A stretch of 32,000 nucleotides of DNA. Origin: Bacteroidota bacterium (GTDB lineage Bacteria > Bacteroidota > Bacteroidia > SXHM01). Each line of letters begins with the position of its first letter. Positions within the stretch are counted from its first letter, which is position 1. The stretch is from assembly GCA_947479755.1 (NCBI GenBank), contig CANKAM010000009.1, positions 36,464-68,463 of the forward strand, written 5' to 3'. This document shows, one piece after another, positions 25,244-32,000 of this stretch. The notes beneath the pieces were generated by a model, which saw only the letters and a list, made by a program, of their open reading frames with translations, searched no databases and was not told the DNA's origin. A program made the position numbers and the translations under genes.

Positions 25244-26218
25244 TTATTTCTTTCTTCTGGTTGCAAATTGAACCAACTCAATAAGTGAAGTTTTGTAAGT
25301 GCTTTCGCTAAAATCATTCAGCATTTTCAATGCGTTATTCTGATACTCGAGCATTTTTTGTTCTGCATAAGTGATACCGCCTTTCTGCTTAACAAATTCA
25401 ATTACCTCAGCCACTTTTTTCATATCGGTATTGTGATTTTTAACAATGTTGATGATGTGGCGTTTTTCACTTTTAGTTGATTTATTCAAACTATAAATCA
25501 AAGGAAGTGTCATCTTTTTTTCTTTGATGTCAATGCCGCTGGGTTTGCCGGTTTCATTGGCAAGCTCATAATCAAACAAATCATCTTTTATCTGGAAAGA
25601 AATTCCAACATATTCGCCAAAGAGTCGCATTTTTTCGGCTAATGCATCATCATCTGAAACAGATGCTGCGCCACTACTGCAACAGGATGCAATCAATGAC
25701 GCTGTTTTCTGGCGGATGATTTCAAAATAAACAGTCTCGTCAATATCCAGTTTGCGTGCCTTTTCAATCTGAAGCAATTCACCTTCACTCATTTCACGAA
25801 CTGAATTGGTTACAATTCCCAGCAAACGGTGTTCTTTATTTTCAACAGAAAGCAACAGTCCGCGCGAAAGCAAATAATCACCCACCAGCACTGCAATTTT
25901 ATTTTTCCAAAGTGCATTTACAGAAAAAAAACCTCTGCGCTCGTTGGAATCATCCACAACATCATCGTGAACCAATGTAGCGGTATGTAAAAGTTCAATT
26001 AATGTTGCCGCACGAAAAGTAGAATCATTAATTCCGCCACACATTCCTGCAGAAAGAAAAACAAACATGGGCCGCATTTGCTTGCCCTTGCGTTTAACAA
26101 TGTAATGTGTGATTTTGTCTAGCAGCGCAACCTTGCTTTTCATTGAATCGCGAAAGTGCGATTCAAATGAATCCATTTCAGCAGCAATAGGGGCTTTTAT
26201 CTGGTCGAGCTTGAGCAA
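25244..26218 (-). CDS. Long-chain polyprenyl diphosphate synthase (IspB-like)
   Basis: 324 aa. First DDxxD-type motif LVHDDVVDDS and second motif FQIKDDLFDY. Confidence 0.88.
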   Translation of the reverse strand: MLKLDQIKAPIAAEMDSFESHFRDSMKSKVALLDKITHYIVKRKGKQMRPMFVFLSAGMCGGINDSTFRAATLIELLHTATLVHDDVVDDSNERRGFFSVNALWKNKIAVLVGDYLLSRGLLLSVENKEHRLLGIVTNSVREMSEGELLQIEKARKLDIDETVYFEIIRQKTASLIASCCSSGAASVSDDDALAEKMRLFGEYVGISFQIKDDLFDYELANETGKPSGIDIKEKKMTLPLIYSLNKSTKSEKRHIINIVKNHNTDMKKVAEVIEFVKQKGGITYAEQKMLEYQNNALKMLNDFSESTYKTSLIELVQFATRRKK

Positions 26219-26266
26219 ATCAAAATTTTAGCTTGCCGAAAGTAGAGATTATTTCACCACTAAGAA

Positions 26267-26311
26267 CACTAAGTTCACAAGAAAAAACTTCGTGTTCTTG
26301 TGAACTTAGTG
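26267..26311 (-). terminator. Long hairpin downstream of acs; probable terminator
   Basis: CACTAAGTTCACAAGAA-11 nt-TTCTTGTGAACTTAGTG is a 17-bp perfect stem. It starts 8 nt after the acs stop. Confidence 0.55.
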
Positions 26312-26318
26312 GCAAAAC

Positions 26319-28214
26319 TTAAATGGCTCCCAATTTAATTTCATCCACAACCGCAGGGTCAAGCAGCGTTGATGTATCACCAAGGTTGGCAACATCCCCT
26401 TCGGCAATTTTGCGCAATATTCTGCGCATTATTTTTCCACTACGGGTTTTGGGCAAACCTTTTACCACTTGTATTTTATCGGGTTTGGCAATGGCACCCA
26501 TGAATTTATTTACGGTAGCAATAATTTCTTTTTTCAGTTCATCGGTATCAGTTCTTCCGTGTTCGTCAATTACAAAGGCATAAATACCCCAACCTTTGAT
26601 GTCGTGCTGGAAACCAACTACAGCGCTTTCCACAATATCGGGATGCTCATTAATAGCATTTTCAATTTCTGCTGTTCCTAATAAGTGGCCTGAAACTTTT
26701 ATTACATCATCTACTCGACCGGTAATTCTGTAATAGCCATTTTCATCACGTTTACAGCCATCACCTGTAAAATAATAGCCTTTGAATTGTGAGAAATAAG
26801 CATCATGACAACGCTCATGGTTTCCATAGGTGGTGCGGATAATAGAAGGCCAGGGAAATTTCATACACAAGCGGCCTTCTACATTATTTCCTTCCAATAC
26901 ATTGCCTTTCTCATCTAATAAAACAGGTTGAATTCCGGGAAGCGGAAGTGTTGCAAACGATGGTTTTGTTTTGGTAATTCCGGCTAATGGTGAAATCATT
27001 ATTCCTCCCGTTTCTGTCTGCCACCAGGTATCTACAATCGGGCAATTTTTCTTGCCAATATTCTCTTCATACCAATGCCATGCTTCTTCGTTAATAGGTT
27101 CTCCAACACTTCCCAAAACTCTTAATGAATCCAATTTATAGGGTTTTACAAAATCCAATCCCATTGCTTCGAGCGAGCGGATTGCAGTTGGTGCGGTGTA
27201 AAATATATTCACCTTATGTTTATCAATCACGCTCCAGAATCTACCGGCATCGGGAAAGGTTGGAATGCCTTCAAACATCAAGGTTGTAGCACCGCTTAAT
27301 AAAGGACCATATATAAGGTATGAGTGCCCTGTTACCCAACCCACATCAGCAGTACACCAGAAAACCTCAGCCTCTTTATACTGAAATACATTCTGAAAAG
27401 TATAGGCTGTATAAACCATATAGCCACCTATAGTGTGCACCACACCTTTTGGTTTTCCTGTTGAGCCGGAAGTGTAGAGAATAAACAGCTTGTCTTCTGA
27501 ATCCATTTCTTCGGCAACAAATTCTGTGGTTGCTTTCTTAACTTCATCGTGCCACCAAACATCTCTTCCGCTTTGCATATTCACTGCAATTCCGGTGCGC
27601 TTCAGCGTAACTACCTTTTTCACCGAAGGACATATTTGCAAAGCCTCATCCACTATTACTTTCAGCGGAATATCTTTTGCTCCACGGTAACCGCCATCGG
27701 CAGTTACAACCAGGTTGCACTCGGCATCATTTATTCTGTCGGCAAGGGAACTGAATGAGAAGCCACCAAACACTACGGAATGAATAGCGCCAATTCTCGC
27801 ACAAGCCAGAACAGCAATTGCTAGTTCGGGAACCATTGGCATATAAATACAGATACGGTCGCCTTTTTTTGCTCCGTTGTTTTTAAGAACGTTGGCAAAG
27901 CGACAAACCTCTTCATGAAGTTCTTTGTAAGTGAGCTTTCTTACTTCCTCGTTTGGGCTATTGGGTTCCCAGATTATGGCAGTCTGGTCGCCTCTTTCAG
28001 CTAAATGGCGATCGAGGCAATTTTCGGTGATGTTGAGTCTGCCGCCAATAAACCATTTTACATCTGGCTTTTCAAAATTCCATTCCAGTACTTTGTCCCA
28101 CTTTTTGCGCCACTGAAAGTGTCCTGCTTTGTCTGCCCAGAATTGCTCAGGGTTTTCAACACTTTTGGTGTATTCGTTTTGGTATTCTTCAAAACTATTG
28201 ATGCGAAAACTCAT
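26319..28214 (-). CDS. acs: Acetyl-CoA synthetase (AMP-forming)
   Basis: 631 aa. The N-terminus (EEYQ...NPEQFW), YTSGSTGKPKGV, WWQTETGG and the C-terminal SGKIMRRILRKIA are diagnostic of Acs. Confidence 0.93.
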   Translation of the reverse strand: MSFRINSFEEYQNEYTKSVENPEQFWADKAGHFQWRKKWDKVLEWNFEKPDVKWFIGGRLNITENCLDRHLAERGDQTAIIWEPNSPNEEVRKLTYKELHEEVCRFANVLKNNGAKKGDRICIYMPMVPELAIAVLACARIGAIHSVVFGGFSFSSLADRINDAECNLVVTADGGYRGAKDIPLKVIVDEALQICPSVKKVVTLKRTGIAVNMQSGRDVWWHDEVKKATTEFVAEEMDSEDKLFILYTSGSTGKPKGVVHTIGGYMVYTAYTFQNVFQYKEAEVFWCTADVGWVTGHSYLIYGPLLSGATTLMFEGIPTFPDAGRFWSVIDKHKVNIFYTAPTAIRSLEAMGLDFVKPYKLDSLRVLGSVGEPINEEAWHWYEENIGKKNCPIVDTWWQTETGGIMISPLAGITKTKPSFATLPLPGIQPVLLDEKGNVLEGNNVEGRLCMKFPWPSIIRTTYGNHERCHDAYFSQFKGYYFTGDGCKRDENGYYRITGRVDDVIKVSGHLLGTAEIENAINEHPDIVESAVVGFQHDIKGWGIYAFVIDEHGRTDTDELKKEIIATVNKFMGAIAKPDKIQVVKGLPKTRSGKIMRRILRKIAEGDVANLGDTSTLLDPAVVDEIKLGAI

Positions 28215-28228
28215 GTGCGATTGGCTAT

Positions 28229-28852
28229 TTATTCAACAACTTTCATTTTCACTGAAATAATTTCCAGCGGAGTTTCGCCATTTACAGGGGCTGCAGCAAT
28301 TTTATCTACTACATCCATACCTTCAATTACTTCACCAAAAACGGTATAGCCGCCATCTAAATGAGGTGCGCCTCCGGTTGTTGAATATTCTTTCTTCTGT
28401 TCTTGATTGAATTTATACCCCATGCGATCGCCAATGCGGTCCATCATATCGTACTCATAAACTTTGCCTACCACAATATAAAATTCAGAAGGTGATGACT
28501 CTTTTTCAGGATTAACCAAATCATCTTCGCGCGCTGCGGCTAAGGCTCCGCGTTTGTGATATTTTCCGGGAACAATTTCTGCAGGAAGTGTTTTCATCTT
28601 TCCTCCGCCTTTCACCTCACCGCCCTGTATCATAAAGGTATTGATGACACGGTAAAAATCGGTTCCCTCGTATTTGCCTTCTTTTACCAGTTTCAGAAAG
28701 TTATCGCGGTGAACAGGGGTTTCGTTATAGAGCTTTACCTTAATAATGCCGTAATTAGTAGAAATCTGTACCACAGGTTCTTTCCCGTTTTGTGCAGTAA
28801 CAGCAAAAAAGGCGAAAAGACTTAACGCAAACGAAATAAAAGATTTTAGCAT
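28229..28852 (-). CDS. Cyclophilin-type peptidyl-prolyl cis-trans isomerase, secreted
   Basis: 207 aa. Signal peptide LSLFAFFAVTAQ, then FYRVINTFMIQGG and HLDGGYTVFGEVIEGMDVVDKI. Confidence 0.88.
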   Translation of the reverse strand: MLKSFISFALSLFAFFAVTAQNGKEPVVQISTNYGIIKVKLYNETPVHRDNFLKLVKEGKYEGTDFYRVINTFMIQGGEVKGGGKMKTLPAEIVPGKYHKRGALAAAREDDLVNPEKESSPSEFYIVVGKVYEYDMMDRIGDRMGYKFNQEQKKEYSTTGGAPHLDGGYTVFGEVIEGMDVVDKIAAAPVNGETPLEIISVKMKVVE

Positions 28853-28928
28853 GGTGTTTTATTTTTATTAATTTTGTTTCCCGCAAAAAGGAAACGCACA
28901 CAATATTAATTATTAAACAAAGATACTA

Positions 28929-29264
28929 ATGAAATTCAGAGCAATTTTAAGCCTTATTTTAGTAACCGGAGTAATTGGTTTTGGTATTACTTCCTGCAAA
29001 AAAAGCAAAGCCTGCAAAGTATTAGTGATTGTTCAGGATTCGCTGGAAGAGCCAATTGTTGGAGCTGATGTGAGGTTATGGTGTGATGATATAGAAAATC
29101 CTCTTTGTATTATTGACACAATGGCTACAACACTTACAGACGGAACGGCACATTTCCAATTTACAAACCCCGGAATTTTGAAAGTATTTGTAGATGGCGA
29201 CCCTGAAGGTTATGTTGAACTGGAAGCCGGAGAAGAAGTAGAGAAAATTATTGTAAGACCTTAA
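28929..29264 (+). CDS. Small lipoprotein, hypothetical (beta-sandwich-like)
   Basis: 111 aa with signal peptide and lipobox GFGITSC. The remainder has beta-strand-like periodicity. Confidence 0.6.
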   Translation: MKFRAILSLILVTGVIGFGITSCKKSKACKVLVIVQDSLEEPIVGADVRLWCDDIENPLCIIDTMATTLTDGTAHFQFTNPGILKVFVDGDPEGYVELEAGEEVEKIIVRP

Positions 29265-29291
29265 ACAAGTTCTTTCTTATCCTATAAAAAA

Positions 29292-29316
29292 AGCTCCTCG
29301 CCTAAGGCGAGGAGCT
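29292..29316. terminator. Bidirectional rho-independent terminator
   Basis: AGCTCCTCGCC-taa-GGCGAGGAGCT is an 11-bp GC-rich stem flanked by A6 and T7 runs. It lies between convergent genes. Confidence 0.85.
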
Positions 29317-29320
29317 TTTT

Positions 29321-29659
29321 TTATGCTTCTTCTTCTTTAAAATACTCTATCAGCGCCTCTTTCATCAGGCGCATTTGCTGACCGGGTTTAAGAGAGGGTA
29401 ACTTATCGGTAGCTTTCCAATGGGGCCAGCCTTCCTCATCGTTGCCTTCAAACTCATAGTAGCCGTAGTTGCTTAAAAGTGTGCAAATGGCAACGTGCAT
29501 CACGTTCAATTTTTCGTCTTTGCTGAACTTGCGGAAACCTTGTCCCAGTTCCTGAACACCTACGAGAAACAATATTCCCTGCAGGTCAATGTCTTCACCA
29601 AACTGTTGTTCAATGCGGGCTACAACTGTTTTCCATTCTGCTTCAAATACTTCATCCAT
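29321..29659 (-). CDS. Hypothetical cytoplasmic protein
   Basis: 112-aa ORF with an ATG start that ends at the terminator. No motif recognised. Confidence 0.55.
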   Translation of the reverse strand: MDEVFEAEWKTVVARIEQQFGEDIDLQGILFLVGVQELGQGFRKFSKDEKLNVMHVAICTLLSNYGYYEFEGNDEEGWPHWKATDKLPSLKPGQQMRLMKEALIEYFKEEEA

Positions 29660-29741
29660 GTTGCAAAGTTAGTTATCTGCTTCATTCAGAGAATTCGTTA
29701 TTTTTGCAATTCAATTGCATAGCACGGCAGGACATTAGTAT

Positions 29742-30872
29742 ATGGTAAGATTTTTCAGCAGCATTTTAGCAGTCCTGTTTTTTACCGGCTCGTGTTTTTC
29801 GCAGGAAACAAAATCACCGCCTTTAGATATTGTATTTATTGTTGACATCAGTTCCAGCACCACGGGCTTGCTTTCATCGGTGCGCAATAATTTCTGGGAA
29901 ATCAATAATGATATTTCGCGCCTGAAGCCTGAGCCTGATTACCGCATAGGCCTTATGTTATTGGGCCGTCCAAGTTTCAAGGAGGAAAATGCCTACATCA
30001 AAATGGCATCGGATCTTACTACAGACATTGACTATGTGGCTAACGAAATGTTTACCATTAAAGACAATGCTACCAAGGGAAAAGTGTATTTCGGTAATGC
30101 GCTGAGGGAAGCGGTGGATGAATTCAGCTGGAGTAAAGATGACAATGCTATTAAACTGATTTTTCTGGTGGGTAATGGTCCGCTGAGCAATGGCTATGAT
30201 TACCGCAAAGCAGCCGAGAGCGCAGTAAAAAAGGGGGTAAAAATCTTTTCGCTGTACTTCCCAAATATTACCAGCGGCAGGGATGAGGCGGAGTGGAAAG
30301 ACCTTGCCGAAGTGGGCAACGGAGCCTATGCCAACATTCTGCTGAATGCAGGAAACAACATTGTTTTTGAAAAAAGTTATCACAACGATTTGCTGGTGGA
30401 AGCCAACAGCGCCATTAACAACACCTATATTTATTATGGCGAATTTGGGAAAGACCGTTTTGAAACGCAGGAGCGCTTAGATGTGCTTACAAACACCGTT
30501 AGCGACTGGGAAACGGAAGCACGCAGCTTTTTAAAAGGCACAAAACTTTATCAGGGTAAAAATGCGGGGTGGGATTTGGTTGATCTTTCTAATAAACAAA
30601 CCATCAACTACTCAAAAGTTGACCGCAAATTTCTTCCGCCTAAAATGGAACAGATAAGTGATGAAGACCTGAAAACACTTGTAGAGGATAAGATAAGCGA
30701 GCGCCAGGAATATATCTCCATCATAAAAATGCTAAGCCAAAAGCGCGAAGAGTTTTTAAAGCGGAAGAAAGATAAATTGGAACTTTTTCGGTACAACAAC
30801 ACCTTTTTGGGTGTGGTGAAAAAGACGATTATCCAACAGGCGGTGGAGAAGGGATATAGTTCGGAGTTTTAG
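29742..30872 (+). CDS. Secreted von Willebrand factor A (vWA) domain protein
   Basis: 376 aa. Signal peptide ILAVLFFTGSCFSQ and MIDAS-like DIVFIVDISSST. vWA-like alternation is followed by a helical C-terminal half. Confidence 0.7.
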   Translation: MVRFFSSILAVLFFTGSCFSQETKSPPLDIVFIVDISSSTTGLLSSVRNNFWEINNDISRLKPEPDYRIGLMLLGRPSFKEENAYIKMASDLTTDIDYVANEMFTIKDNATKGKVYFGNALREAVDEFSWSKDDNAIKLIFLVGNGPLSNGYDYRKAAESAVKKGVKIFSLYFPNITSGRDEAEWKDLAEVGNGAYANILLNAGNNIVFEKSYHNDLLVEANSAINNTYIYYGEFGKDRFETQERLDVLTNTVSDWETEARSFLKGTKLYQGKNAGWDLVDLSNKQTINYSKVDRKFLPPKMEQISDEDLKTLVEDKISERQEYISIIKMLSQKREEFLKRKKDKLELFRYNNTFLGVVKKTIIQQAVEKGYSSEF

Positions 30873-30874
30873 CT

Positions 30875-32000
30875 CTACCCAAACAAAGCAGAAAACACAT
30901 CTTCCACTTTTTTCACTTTCACAATCTCGATGTTGTGTTTTTTGGTGTCGATACCTTTGCTGTAGGCCGAGATAAATATTTTTTCGAGACCCAGTTTTTC
31001 AGCTTCGGCAATGCGGGCATCTATTCTTGTAACAGGGCGAATTTCGCCTGAAAGGCCCACCTCAGCAGCAAAACAAACATTGCCGGGAATGGCAATATCT
31101 TCGTTGGAAGAAAGCACCGCGCAGATAACGGCTAAGTCGGTTGCGGGGTCGTCCACCTTTATTCCGCCTGTAACGTTGAGGAAAACATCTTTTGTTCCCA
31201 ACCTGAAACCGCAGCGTTTTTCCAAAACTGCCAAAAGCATATTCAGTCTGCGGCTGTCGAAACCGGTGGTGGAACGTTGAGGAGTTCCGTAAGCGGCCGT
31301 GCTTACCAGGGCTTGTATTTCTATCAGTAATGAGCGCAAACCTTCCATAGTAGCGGCAATACTGATGCCGCTTAAATTATCATCGCGCTGCGAAAGCAGA
31401 ATTTCAGAAGGGTTGCTTACCTCACGCAAACCGTTTGCCTGCATTTCGTAAATGCCTAATTCGGGTGTAGAACCAAAACGATTTTTAACGGCACGCACAA
31501 TGCGGTAAACATGGTTGCGGTCGCCCTCAAACTGCAAAACGGTGTCAACCATGTGTTCCAACACTTTTGGTCCGGCAATGTTTCCGTCTTTGGTAATGTG
31601 ACCAATAAGAAAAACCGGAGTAGATGTTTCTTTTGCAAAACGCAAAAACTCTGATGCACATTCGCGAATTTGAGAGATGCTTCCGGGTGAGGAATCAATC
31701 ATATCTGTTGAAAGCGTCTGGATTGAATCCACAATCACCAACTCAGGTTGCAACGCTCCTATTTGCGAAAAAATTTTGGAAGTATTTGTTTCGGTAAGGA
31801 TGTAACACGAAGTATTGTTTTCATTGATTCGTGTAGCGCGCATTTTCAGTTGCTGCTCGCTTTCTTCACCGGAGATGTAAAGTGTTTTCAGCTTTCCGGG
31901 GGCTACGGCTAATTGCAGTAAAAGAGTTGATTTTCCTATGCCCGGCTCACCGCCCAATAAAATCAGGGAGCCTTTTACAATTCCTCCGCCAAGAACACGA
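30875..32000 (-). CDS. radA: DNA repair protein RadA/Sms; N-terminus lies outside the window
   Basis: The frame stays open to the window edge (..RVLGGGIVKGSLILLGGEPGIGKSTLLLQL). It has a Walker A, the KNRFG motif (AVKNRFGS) and a Lon-protease-like C-terminal domain. Confidence 0.92.
   Translation of the reverse strand, partial: RVLGGGIVKGSLILLGGEPGIGKSTLLLQLAVAPGKLKTLYISGEESEQQLKMRATRINENNTSCYILTETNTSKIFSQIGALQPELVIVDSIQTLSTDMIDSSPGSISQIRECASEFLRFAKETSTPVFLIGHITKDGNIAGPKVLEHMVDTVLQFEGDRNHVYRIVRAVKNRFGSTPELGIYEMQANGLREVSNPSEILLSQRDDNLSGISIAATMEGLRSLLIEIQALVSTAAYGTPQRSTTGFDSRRLNMLLAVLEKRCGFRLGTKDVFLNVTGGIKVDDPATDLAVICAVLSSNEDIAIPGNVCFAAEVGLSGEIRPVTRIDARIAEAEKLGLEKIFISAYSKGIDTKKHNIEIVKVKKVEDVFSALFG

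Overview
The window is a densely coded, moderately AT-rich chromosomal segment, most likely from a Bacteroidota genome. Three things suggest this: a T9SS C-terminal sorting domain, many genes without Shine-Dalgarno spacing, and a TAnnTTTG-type promoter box. All calls rest on reading the supplied translations and the DNA; no database search was possible. About 30 genes are supported, mostly housekeeping or metabolic: tyrS, a FadB/FadJ-like enzyme, an MqnC/MqnE-type radical SAM enzyme, a dipeptide epimerase, an ABC-F ATPase, a polyprenyl synthase, acs, a cyclophilin and partial radA. There is also a sensory cluster of ArsR, two receiver-only response regulators and a PAS histidine kinase. I found no rRNA, tRNA, CRISPR array, transposase or integrase. 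The main candidate for an undescribed system is a tightly coupled minus-strand operon at 6138-10602. It encodes a 909-aa split-head coiled-coil ABC/SMC-like ATPase, a 410-aa all-helical protein and a 172-aa small acidic protein. This resembles MukBEF/MksBEF, Wadjet JetABC or ABC-three-component logic, but the ATPase comes first, the arms are short, and no nuclease or effector is visible. A second unexplained structure is a perfectly phased 42-bp tandem array of 8 units at 21241-21576. Two different palindromes alternate in it every 21 bp. It lies upstream of an uncharacterised two-gene operon at 19701-21105. Other observations are an in-frame TAG splitting a secreted TPR/beta-barrel protein gene, a TyrRS lacking both histidines of its HIGH motif, and several palindromic intergenic elements.
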